From Gekko japonicus (Eukaryota), in the NCBI RefSeq assembly GCF_001447785.1, contig NW_015165830.1, positions 2,434,644 through 2,498,643 on the forward strand: a stretch of 64,000 nucleotides of DNA. The letters run 5' to 3'. The position numbers and the translations under genes are program-made. The notes beneath the pieces were generated by a model, which ran no database searches, was not told the DNA's origin, and worked only from the letters and a program-made list of their open reading frames with translations. Shown piece after piece: positions 1-11,228 of the stretch (positions are counted from its first letter, which is position 1; each line of letters opens with the position of its first letter).

Positions 1-99
1 CAGTGATGGGTGGTGTACTGCTGCTGAGAGAGGAGGATCAGTGGACAGACACTACCCCCTCCCTCTCTGAGGGATTACTGGGCAGGGCTTATTGTTGTG

Positions 100-440
100 A
101 TCATTAGGTTGCACTGGTTCTGCTGGTGGCCTGGCAAACATGCTCCCAGAGATCCTCTGATTTGACCTGAGTCCTGTTGGGTTTGAGCACTGACTGCCAC
201 AGTGGTACTAGTTCGGGGGGGGGATTACACTGGTTCTGCTGCTGGCCTGGCAAACATGCCCCCTCAGTTTATACTGCAGAGATTCTCTGATTTTACCTGA
301 GTTATGTTGGGTTTGGGCACTGACTGCCACGGTGGCACTGGTTCTGAGGGGCACACTGTACTGGCTCTGCTGCTGGCCTGGCATATATGCCCCCTCCCAC
401 CACCACACCTCACTTACTTTCTTGCAGAGAGATTCTCAGG
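100..440. repeat. Degenerate ~120-bp tandem repeat (about 3 units)
   Basis: Repeated ctgctg(g/c)tggcctggca..atgc..cagagat(t/c)ctc..gcactgactgccac. Confidence 0.65.
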
Positions 441-1279
441 GAGGCACTGCTGCCTGCCCTTTTCCCCATCCCCATAGGAAACAATGGAGGAATGGGGGCA
501 TCCACTTTGGATGCCCCTAGAATTGGACCCCCTGGTCCAATCGTTTCCAAACTTGGGGAGTTTTTTGGGGAGAGGCTCCAGCAGCTACAGTACAAAGATG
601 GTGCCTCTACCGCAATCCACCTCCCCCCAGCCCCCTGAATACTTGTTAGAAGATTTTTGCCATTTACTACAATGGCCCCATAGGATATAATGCACCCAAA
701 CATTTTCCGGAATCCTGAAAAATTCTGGGTATCAATACAATGCAAGTTTTGGTATTCGGGTATATTCAGGAATCCCCAAAAAAATCGGCTTTAATATATC
801 CGAATCAGAAAAAAGCAATTTTTTCCCTGCATACCCCTAGTTATAGCCAGTATCCAGATCAGAGTGTATTTGTAATGTTTTATCATCCAAAAGCTTTACA
901 AAAGTATCAAAACTAATTGTCTGTGGCTGAGAAAATAAAGGCTCATCTTTAGGAATAAGCAGATGGCAAGCTATCTTAAAAAATTGGAAGGGTTGTGAAG
1001 TAGCTGCTGCAGTGGGGGCAGTCAAGTAAAATTTCTTTGCCACTGGTACTGTAGCTTTGTAAGTCTTCCAATAGTCTCTATAGCATGATCTGCCACATTC
1101 AGTATGAGTTTTCTGCCAAGGTCATTCTAGATGTCTCCTGGCTCTCTTCAGGTCACCTAGCTCTGTAAACCAGAGTCAGATTCCACCCCAAGGGCGGTAG
1201 AGGTCAGTGAGGGGCAAGGTTGTTGATAGCTTCAAGGAGCGTCATGTTCCAGGCTCCCAGCACAGCCTCAACAGAAGAA

Positions 1280-2030
1280 GTGAACAAAGTCTGAGTCCAG
1301 TGGCACCTTTAAGACCAACAAAGTTTAATTCTGGGTATAAACAAGAACTGAGTGACTTAGCATCTGTAGATGTGCACTTCTTCAGATACATTAAAACAGA
1401 CTTCCTCAAGCATTACATATGGGGGGGTTAGTTGCTGGGAAGAGTTAATTAGAGTCAAGATGCATAGGTAACTGAGCAATAAATAGAGCTGATTGAATTA
1501 GTGGTAAGACCTGTGGATAGCAGCAAATTAGCATACAGATAAGAGTTAACAGATGTGAGAACTAAGTCTGAGTCCAGTGGCACCTTTAAGAACAACAAAG
1601 TTTAATTCTGGGTATAAGTGAGAACTGAGAGACTTAGCATGTGTATTGAGATAAGAACCCGATATCTCTGTTAAGTCATGGGGATTCCATTGTCCTGAGT
1701 GTTGTAATTTAGCAGTTTCCCATTCCAGTCTGTTTCTGAAATTCCTTTGCAATAAAACAGCTACTTTGAGGTCTCCCATTGAGTGCGTGGGAGGTTGAAA
1801 TGTTCTCTTACAGGTTTCGCAATTTTGTGATTCTTGATGTCAGATTTGTGTCCATTTGTCCTTTGACATAGGGTTTGATTTGTTTGCCCTATGTAGAGAA
1901 CTGAAGGGCATTGTTGGCATGTAATGGCATATACAATGTTAGAAAATGAGCAAGTGAGTGAGCCTGATATGGTGTAGTTGATGTTGTTAGGTCCAGTGAT
2001 TGTGTTGTCTAGGTGTATGTGGCTACCCAC
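1280..2030 (-). mobile_element. Penelope-like element 3' part (GIY-YIG endonuclease) with repeated terminal segment
   Basis: ORF 1761-2030 TCSFSNIVYAITCQQCPSVLYIGQTNQTLCQRTNGHKSDI..PVREHFN; ~1288-1360 repeated at ~1564-1640. Confidence 0.88.
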
Positions 2031-2339
2031 CTGAATCTATGAGTACAGCAAGTGTTTGGAATCCTAAAATCCCCCAGAGCATTCTGGAGTCCTGTAGAAT
2101 CCATGAGCCTCCATGGGTGGACCATTCAACTGTGCCTCCTTTCCAGCAGGGTGTTGGAGCCACATTCTCCCTCTGCTTGATAGTGGTTCAAGCCAAATCT
2201 TCAACCCTGAAACCAGAGCTTCTCTCAAAGCCACTCTACAAAAGATGAAGACCAGAGTGTGACCTCTTTAATGTGTTGGGCCCATCACAATTTGAGAAAT
2301 GCCCAAGGCAGTCGAAGAACTATAAAATCCTGGGCTGGC

Positions 2340-3490
2340 CCTGGTGAGGCATCCTCTGCATGAATGTTGACATACCCCAGAACAATCAGTCTAGGTGTCT
2401 CCAGCACCCTGTTCAGGAGCACCTCTGCCAACTCAGACAGGGTAAACCGCAATTAAAGAATACAAAATAAGATGTAAATAATGCAAAAGACGCTTACAAA
2501 ATTACAGCATATAATTCAGTTAATTAAACTTGTTCGCCCATTATTTGGAAAGACTCAGTCTTGCAAGAATATGTTCTGTCCTTAGGGTAAGAGTATACAC
2601 TATGTTATTGTAATCTTCATTCACCGCTGTATTTCCCAGTAGATTTTGCACAAATAATGACAACAATATAATTTTATTTTAGAAATTGATGAATTGTAAT
2701 GGATTTAACCATGGAATGAGAAGAGACAACTACTGTATGCAGGGCTATTTTTGGGCAGGAACAGAGTTCCGGCTGGCTCCCAAGTTGGCCACACCCAGCA
2801 GGAACTCATTAGCATAATAGGCCACACCCAACAGCAGAAACTCATTAGGATTGGCTACATTAGGGGGCATGTGGCCTAACATGCAAAGGAGTTCCTTCTA
2901 CAAAAAAAGCCCTGGGTTTTGACAACAAACAAGGTGAACAGAATAAGAAGCAAAAGGTGGGTGTGGCTGGATAACCACACTTCTGGTAACATAGGGGTGC
3001 GGCCTAATGTGTTAATGAGCTGTGCTGTCAGGGATGTGGCCTAATATGCTAATGAGTTTCTGCTGTTGGGTGTGGCCTATTATGCTAATGAGTTCCTGCT
3101 GGGCTTTTTCTACAAAAAGAGCCCTGTGTAACATCATCTGTACATCTGTACATACATCTGTATGTATGATATTTAATAATTCTGTTTAATGTAAAGTTTT
3201 GCAGTACATTGTCTGTATATGGAGGTAACATTATACATTGTATTTTATGAAGGAGATTTTGATGTTTGGAAGAAGTTCTTCTTACGAAACGAAAGTTTAA
3301 CTCCGGAGAATTTCGTCCATCTGGAATTGGAATTGCATAAAAGAGAAAATTGAATTATATGCTGTAATTTTGTAGGATTATAAGCTTCTATTGCATTATT
3401 CACAATTTATATGGTATTCTTTAATTGCGGTTGACTATATGAGCTGTACCCCCTTTCGCATGTTAACTCAGACAGGATGCCTACCAGGGA
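2340..3490. mobile_element. Inverted-repeat DNA element with nested hAT-like pieces (2740-3126)
   Basis: ~2445-2520 inverted at ~3350-3433; inner cagggct...agccctg units sharing ctcattagcat/ccacaccc motifs with family B. Confidence 0.6.
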
Positions 3491-4892
3491 ACTAGGTGGT
3501 CCATAAACAAGCAGTATGCCTATTGTATCCATACTTTCTAATGTACAGAGCATACGGTCAATCCCAGTGACAGTTTGCACTGCAGTCTGCAGGAATTGAA
3601 AGACTCACAGAAGATAATGCCCATGTTTCCTCCCCAGTCACTTATGTGGGATTGCTGGAGGACTCCATAACCAGGCAGTTAGTTGGGACAGACATACCAC
3701 ACCCTTTTCGTCCAGCCATGTCTCTACTATGTAAGCCAGATCTTTTTTTTTTAATTTCTGTAAATCCTGGAAAGACGTGCAGTTTTGTGCCTCACTAGTC
3801 CGGTATTGTACTCTATTAGTGAAATGGAGCCCTTGCATTGTCAACTCTTGGTATGGTGTGGCGGTTAGAGAGGCAGTGAGTGTCCTTGCCAAATACTGCC
3901 CATCTTTGAAAAATTCTGCCCCCGTATCTACCAGGTCCTCTCTGCACTGACACAGTGCGTTCATCTAACATCCTAATAAGCCTCCCACACCTCGCACATT
4001 CAACATGATAGTGTCCACAGAGAAACCATGCAGTAGTCCAGGCTGCTGTCTTGATGTGTTGGAGGCAGTGTTGAGCAACAGGTGTGGTTCTATGTCAGTG
4101 CTGCTCCTGGTGTCATTCTCCCTCTCCTTTAGTGGCAGACCTTCTTCCATTTGTGTGAAATTGCTTGGCCTCAGCTCTGCACCCCATGCAGCAAGCCACA
4201 GGTCAAGAGCCCTTGTCCTTCCACGGAGAGATTTGTGCATCTGGCACAGGGTATCTTTTAAATGCGCAGCAACCCCACACCTGTTAAAAATACGGAGGAA
4301 CACCCAGTGGGAGGGGCCTTCATTTCAGCATCCCCATCCCAGAACAAAGAGAAACATTAAACAGACCAATTGCTCCTAGTAAGGTTTGCTCTGGTGCAGG
4401 GCTCCTTTTAAATGCATACCTGGCTAGTTTCAGGTTACATCTTTGGCATGCCAGGATCAAGGAGCAAAAAATATGGAAGGCATCCAGTTAAAAATATAGC
4501 AGCCAGTAGTTGATGATGATGATAATAATAATAAGATTCACAAGAGCAAATTCTTGGGGGGCAGCCACCTCCATCTAATGAACTCCCTGCTGCTTACACA
4601 CACCCCTCTGCATTCAGTGAAATTTTAACTCATTGCATTCTGGATTTGTCCTCATCAAAGGAAGCCCCCAGGGAAGATTTGGTGTCCCGTGAGGTATATA
4701 AACTTAATGGCCACTGGTGGTGTCCAATATTAACAAGACTCTTTTCTGAAATTGATACCAACTGTATACTGGAAACAAAGTATCTACCCAACTTATAAAA
4801 AGGGTAATAGACAAGATCCTGCTAACTATCACTCAATCAGCCTTTTGGATGTATCGTCTAAGTTATATACTTGTCATCTTTTAACCAAAAGG

Positions 4893-5922
4893 CATTTCAC
4901 AGTACCTTTCTAAACCATATGGCTGCAAGTCAATAAAGATGACTGACTGACTCAACTGGATAGTATTCATTATTGGCCCGTTGTCTTGTAAAACGATACA
5001 GGGATGGTGGTTTCACAGTGATTTTCTTCCATTAATGAGCTGTCCCTGAAGCATTATGGCAATTTCAAACTGTGCCCCTTCCCCCCCCCCCCGTCCCTTT
5101 TTGCCACATGTGTGATCTTCCTTGGAGGTTTTTTAAAAACGTTCTATTGGGAGCGCTATGGTGCAGATCAGTGCAATAGCGACCAGTGTTCCCTCTAAGC
5201 TGAGTTAGTGTGAGCTAGCTCACAGCTTTTTAGCCTCCAGCTCACAGATTTTTGCCTTAGCTCAGGAAGGAGGGCTCCGGAGCAAACTAATTTATGCAGC
5301 AGCCAAATCGCCTGCTCACAATTTTAATGCCAGTAGCTCACAAAGTAGAATTTCTGCTCACAAGACTCGACAGCTTAGAGGGAACATTGATAGCGACCCC
5401 ATTGAGATGACTGGACTCCATTGAGATAGACTGTGATACATACAATTGTGACTGCTGTCACCTGGAAACAAGTAGGACAGAAGTAGCTCATTGGACAGGA
5501 GGCTTAAGTGGGAGCTTTGGGCTTCAGTGGTTGGTGTGACAGATGTTTCCAGGTGACAACAATTGTGATTGCATGTATCTCAGTGGAGTCCAGGCATCTT
5601 GATGGTGCCACTACAGCATCGATTTGAGGTCCTATTTCAGTGCCATAGCACTTCCAATGGAACATTAAAAAAAACCCTCCAAGGAAGATCACACACACGG
5701 TGAAAAAGGGTGGGGAAAAAAGCAGCAAAGCAGGAAGCACTAGCAGGCATTTCATACAGCACACCGTAGCAATTCAGAAATGCAAGGAGTTGAAAACAGG
5801 AAAAGCAGTTTTCATCAACAATGCCTCAGTCATTCTTCACCAGCGGGAGACAACTGGGATTGTATGAAAAGGTAAATAAATCCCACTAGCAGCCAGTTAC
5901 TAAAATGGGTCTGTCTGAAATG
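4893..5922. mobile_element. Long imperfect palindromic (foldback/MITE-like) element
   Basis: ~5095-5160 inverted at ~5640-5710; ~5400-5470 inverted at ~5545-5610; MITE A nested inside. Confidence 0.6.
5184..5389 (+). mobile_element. hAT MITE family A (~205 bp)
   Basis: TIR cagtgttccctctaagctg; TSD atagcgac. Confidence 0.9.
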
Positions 5923-6613
5923 ACGAGGGGGGGGGGGGTTAGTAGCCAATTACTGAAATGGAATACATAGGCAGTCTGAAAAGTCTCCAAATTAGAAGAC
6001 TAGGGAGAATGAACCAAATTTTATCCAGAACAAGCAGGTTTTCATAAGGGACATAGCACAATTGATCACTACGCTGAGGGCTTTGATTCAGAAGTATACC
6101 ATCCACTATGGAAGATGTTTTTATGTTGCATTTATTGATCTTACATTAGCCTTTGATTCTATTCATAGATCTATTGATAGATCAAGATTCTGGGGAAAGC
6201 TTGATAATATTGATCAAAGGCTTTTTAGATGGCTGATTGAATTACATTCCAACCTTACAGCGAGAGTGAGTGAGGGACGGATCGGGGGCGCAGCAAACGG
6301 ACGCGATCCCACCGCAACATCTTGGAAACGTTGCACACGCGTCCCCGATCCGGCCCTTTAGGGCGAAAAGCCGCATCTAAAATAAACCACCTACAGAGGT
6401 GGACTTATCAGCACGGCCACATCAAGCGCGGCCGTGGGATCACCGGCGCATCCAAGACCCCTGGCCGAACTGCGCATGCTCACACATCCGCAGTTCGGCA
6501 GCCTCCGTCTCTGTCTCGTCGCTTTCTCCCCGGCATCTGATCGTGCCGGGGAGCAACTGCGCGGCGGCTCACGGGATCTGTATGATCCCGCCGCCACATG
6601 TCTATTTTGCCCG

Positions 6614-6626
6614 NNNNNNNNNNNNN
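6614..6626. other. Assembly gap (13 N)
   Basis: Run of n next to a CpG-rich young repeat at ~6273-6613. Confidence 0.99.
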
Positions 6627-9230
6627 GTGTGGCAGGGTATTTATTTAAACTGTAGCCTTAACTTTTTAAGCTGTGTTGAGTACTGGGTATATTTTAGTGA
6701 TTGAGTGGGATCTATAGTTTATATTTGTATTTCAATATGGGGTTGGGGCTAAGCTAATTTGCTCATCAGCAGAACAGAACTTTTCTGTTTTTCCCTTGCA
6801 CTGCAGCTTACTGATCTCCATTAATGCTTCTTCTGGGGGGTAGGAGATCCTGAGGAAGGGAAGGGAGAAATCTGCAGGTGGAAGGGAGAATTGGTGGAAA
6901 TTGCCATTTAAGTGTGGATCTAACCCCTGATGTCCCCTTTATGCGAACACCTTTTAGTGGTGGAATTGCTTCACCAATAGGCTGTCAGATATCTTGTACT
7001 GTAGGCTTATGCTAGTATTTGACAACACGATGGCATATTAGAACTGCATCACTTTGTCCTGCCCCTTCCTAGTGGACATAAGGGCCTTGCACACAGAGCC
7101 TACCATGTTGTTACGCAAACGGCTAGTCAACAGCCAGATGTTGGGTGGGGGTAGGCATGCTGAGGGTCTGTGTGTGAACCAGCATAACCCTGTTCCCCAC
7201 CACTGTATATCTGAAGCATCAGTGAAGCAATGGTATAATCACTCATGGTTCATGACTGAGGAGGCGTAATATATTATATTTCCTTTCCCCCCACACAGTT
7301 ACCACCACCCTATGAACAGGCCTTGAGGTATCCTGCAGCTTCATCAGGAACCGGAGCAGGTTCAGAGTTGTCAGCCAGACAGAGCTTGCCCGACATGCTC
7401 CAAGCCTCACCTACGTTCCAGCCTCACAGAAACACCTCAGTATAGGCTGGGTCGGTCCCCTAAACTGCCTCTGGGACAACACCAAGTGTTTGCTAAATGG
7501 GTTTCCGGTCCACAAGGCACTCTGCCAATCCCTTTTCCCAGTGCAACAGTAGCTGAAAGGAAGCACTCTAGAACATTCCGGACAAAGCCAGCCAAGTTCT
7601 TTGACTAGCACTGAGAATGAACAATGGAAGATCTCTCTGGAACCAAGCCTGAAAATAGCTGTGTAATGGAAGAAATGACCTGAAGAATAGAATCTCTTAT
7701 TCTTGAGGTATGAGCGGATGGGGAAACCTCTATCTGGAATGGTCTAGATCCAGGGAACCCTGCCACCCAGTATAGATGACCGGACCTTAAGGATGTTTTT
7801 TCTTGCCCTAGAAACAAATAAGCCAAGCTCCTGTGGGACTGATATATTGAATGAAGCCAGTCAGAAGATGTCATTTTAAAGGGAGAGAACAAAGTTTCCT
7901 AACCAAAGAACATCCTTGGAGGACGTCTGTGAGACAAAGAGGAACCTCTAGGAGACCCCAAGAACTGCCAAACCTTCAAAGTACTAAACCTCAAAAGGAT
8001 AGCCATCTACATTGTCTTTTTGGTTGTCTTGGAACTCTTGATAAGTGACTGGGGCTTTGAGTGACGGAATGAGTGTATCTTGCCCTCCAACCATCTCAAT
8101 CAACCCAGCCCTACCCCCTGGACAAGTTCCACTGGGACTCTCCTCCACTTCCTACCTCCCCAATGCTGCAGGGCAGTTTTGCAAGTCCAAACAAGATAGA
8201 AGGTTCAACAATGGGTAGGATCTGCATCCTGTGCAGCAGACTCTTCTGCAGTAGGCATTTGTGACAGGTGGGCAAACAGAGTTAACAGCCCAAGTTTTAG
8301 ACCATGCCCTATAGCTAAGAAATGGTTATGTGAAAAGACAAGAGGTCTCCTCCCCTGGGGGGGGGGGGGAGAGGTGGTAACAGACTTCTTTGTTGACCCT
8401 GTCAAAATGTTTGTCCATTGGAACTCAGACAATCTTGTAAAGTTTAACTCTGATTTTTGTTATTTGGGGTCTTTTTTATATTTGACAAATAAGCTTTTAA
8501 AACATCCTTCCCAATGCCATAGTTTAAACTACAACAGTCTGATGAGGAAATGTGTGGAACTTCTGCCTCTGGTCCAATGAGTCATCTAAGAGATGGGGGG
8601 TATCAAGACTGTGAGGGTTTCTGACCTACCTGTGGAATGGCAGTCAGATGACATCAGGGCTGATGAAGTCAGCAGCACCCTGAATCTTACCCAGGCTGAT
8701 TTGACTTGCTAGGAGGCCTCAACCTATGAAGTCCTTGGAGACATTTGACTCCGGGACACATTCTCCTCTTGCTCCTCCAGCAAATGCTTCCTTTCTCCTC
8801 TTTAACGACAGTTTTGCAATTTGTCAGATCTGTTCTGCCCAGTTAAAGGATTTCCCTTAACTCCACATTTGCTGAGGGTTCATGTACTCTGAGGCAAATA
8901 GCTTTAACTGTGTTGGAGCCAGCAAACTTAACCCCGACTAAAAGGTAGAAGATGGAATCTGCTAATAGGAGAGAAAAGGCTCTGCAGCTATGTTTCTGAG
9001 GTTGGCTATAATGATGTTGGACCTCTAGTGAAAGAAATGCTTGTCTAGCAGGACTTGGTATGCCACACATCCACTTACACTAACTCATGCAAGCATGTAC
9101 ACCACCATCATTGTGCATGAAAACCAACCTATTACATTGTCTATGCACACAGATACATCCATACATCATCTTTATCAAAAAATTAAAGTTTTTGAATCAG
9201 TTGAGTGTCATGACTACAGACAACGGTATG

Positions 9231-9590
9231 GATCCAACCATTCCATACACGGAATGCAGAGTTTTCCTGTGTGCCTCTTTATCCCTGCAGCCCCTTCCAA
9301 CCCCTGTGGACTGGAAGGCTGGAGTAAGGACAAGGAAGTGAAAACACTCTCTCTCTCCTCTCGCGTAGCTCCACTGGAGAAAGAGGTTGATTTCATCCCC
9401 TTGTCCATCCTCACTCCAACCCAGCAACCCTCAGTGTGTTCCTCCACCTGGACCACACAGCCTTAGGAATGATCTTTCTGGGGGCCAGGAGGGGCTGCAG
9501 GAACACAGAGCATCACAGGAAACTCAGATGTGGAGGGTTGCATGCATGGATGGCTGGACAGATCAAAATGCATGGAACCAACAAGAGTGA
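9231..9590 (+). repeat. 360-bp segment duplicated at 40733-41093
   Basis: Only one substitution and one 1-nt indel found between the two copies. Confidence 0.95.
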
Positions 9591-10812
9591 TCCAAAAGAT
9601 AACACTGGGCTTGTGTTACTCCAAGACAGAAGCAGGATTGTCCATGGGCAGAGAATCTATTGCCTATGGCAGAGAATCAAGTCTGCACTCCTGTCTGTTT
9701 CCAGGTGCTGCTGACTCCCTCAATAGACTACAGCAAATATTCTCGGTCTCAGCCTCTGTAAATGGGACCAACTTCTACACTGCCACCTCCCAGCACCTCT
9801 TCTCTTAGCTCACCCAGTTCTTCCTCCTCCCTCCTGGCCACACAACCTGCCTGTGAGAGAGTCTTGACCCATCTATGGGTCAAGACTCTCAGTCTGACTA
9901 CCACTGAAGTGGAGGCAAAACTACAAGTCACTGGGGCTGCACATTTACTAGCTGGTACCAGAGCTACGTGCAGGATTTGATTTGTGGTTTTGGTTTATCA
10001 AAGAAGTTGGCTGCCACTGCTGAAGAACTAATGAGCCCACAAAATTGGCAGGTCAGCCTAGGTTAACAGAGGCCCTATGTAGCCTGTGAACACCACAGAT
10101 ATTGTCACATTTGCAATCAGAGTGAAGTACTTAAATTTTGAAAATATTCTATCCTACATAGTTTATTCCATTTTCAAAATTGGGGTTCCTGACTACAAGA
10201 ATGTGAGAAATCGTAGTGTAATGGAATCTAGACTAACTTGTAAGAATACAGCTGGGGATGAAATCTGGGTTTTCTAAGGGTGGTCTGGGATGGTGCACAC
10301 AAATTTTTCAAAAGGCCCCCAGGCTCCTAGCACAAGATAGCTTGCTATACACCCCACAATGCCTTAACACTGTGGATGTCAGTCAGGCAGTGTAAAGTGG
10401 CTCTGCACTTTCTGCTAAACTGCCTCTCTAGCCAATGAATTAGTTTACTGAGCACACAATTGACATCAACATTGCAAAGGCTGGTTTTACCCATTACACA
10501 AAAGCGGCACTTCTCACTATGGGTGCATTCTATGCCCACCTTCTTTCACACATGGAAATAAATTCATGCCTGCATTTTCAGATGAGCAGGTAGCTTTGCA
10601 AAATAACTCCGAGCAACAAATAACTCTTGGTGTCCAAAATCACTCTGAGGTTCAAAGACTTCATTCCCCCACCCCACTAAGTGCTCTCATTATTGCAGTA
10701 ACCTTCAGCATCCACCCAAAGAACAAAGGGATGTAAGACACTCTCCTTAAATGGCTCCCCACAAGGGAGAGATGATAACCCCTTATGGTTCTGAAAACTT
10801 GTGTTGACATGG

Positions 10813-10864
10813 TTTATTTCGCTGACAGTGCAACAGTGACCTCCAGAATATATGCTAATTTATT
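10813..10864 (-). terminator. Candidate MRPL27 polyadenylation signals
   Basis: Two minus-strand AATAAA (10864-10859 and 10818-10813), 160-200 nt after the stop. Confidence 0.55.
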
Positions 10865-11021
10865 ACTACATGAATACATTGCTGAAATGTTGCCTCGTTC
10901 TCTAGCTTCAGCCAACCAGTGGTCACTAGAGCCGAACAAGAGCCACTTGTTCACGAATGCAGCCTTGCAGAATCATCTTCAGTGGGGCGCAGGTCCATCC
11001 GAGTATCCTTGGCTGTGAGTG

Positions 11022-11228
11022 TCAGAGCATGTTGACCAACTTGAAGCTCCCAACCTCAACAGTGGGGACCACGTTGATAAAAGTTTTATACAGCACGGCT
11101 CCTTTGGGTAGCTGAGGGATCACCTCCTTGCTCTCCTTGCTTCGGGGACGTGGCACATAAACTTCCTTGGTGTAGTGCACAATCCCATCTTCTAGCGCAA
11201 ACAGCCACTTGTTGCGGCCCATCCCTAC
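11022..11228 (-). CDS. MRPL27: MRPL27 coding exon 4 (last)
   Basis: [26 protein letters not shown]...FKLVNML*, acceptor tatcag. Confidence 0.96.
   Translation of the reverse strand, partial: VGMGRNKWLFALEDGIVHYTKEVYVPRPRSKESKEVIPQLPKGAVLYKTFINVVPTVEVGSFKLVNML

Larger units (their letters stand above)
4740..6270 (+). mobile_element. Decayed LINE RT fragments split by a foldback insert
   Basis: YKKGNRQDPANYHSISLL (~4795-4850) continues as EQAGF..FYVAFIDLTLAFDSI (~6030-6270). Confidence 0.75.

Noticed and set aside
3638-3964. 108-aa ORF with DLAYIVETWL
   Set aside because: Probably a remnant of a LINE (L2-like) endonuclease N-terminus, not a host gene; too short to classify.
7300-9000. Possible decayed DIRS-like or other retroelement
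   Set aside because: Only vague resemblance; no diagnostic RT, RNase H or tyrosine recombinase motif could be read.
9041-9466. 141-aa ORF (and 202-aa ORF 40360-40968) sharing a peptide
   Set aside because: The shared peptide is just the duplicated DNA; no recognisable domain or exon structure.
1-10800. Expected XYLT2 3' exons (neighbour of MRPL27 in mammals)
   Set aside because: No XYLT2-like peptide recognised; the region is repeat-rich and contains a gap, so absence here says nothing about synteny.
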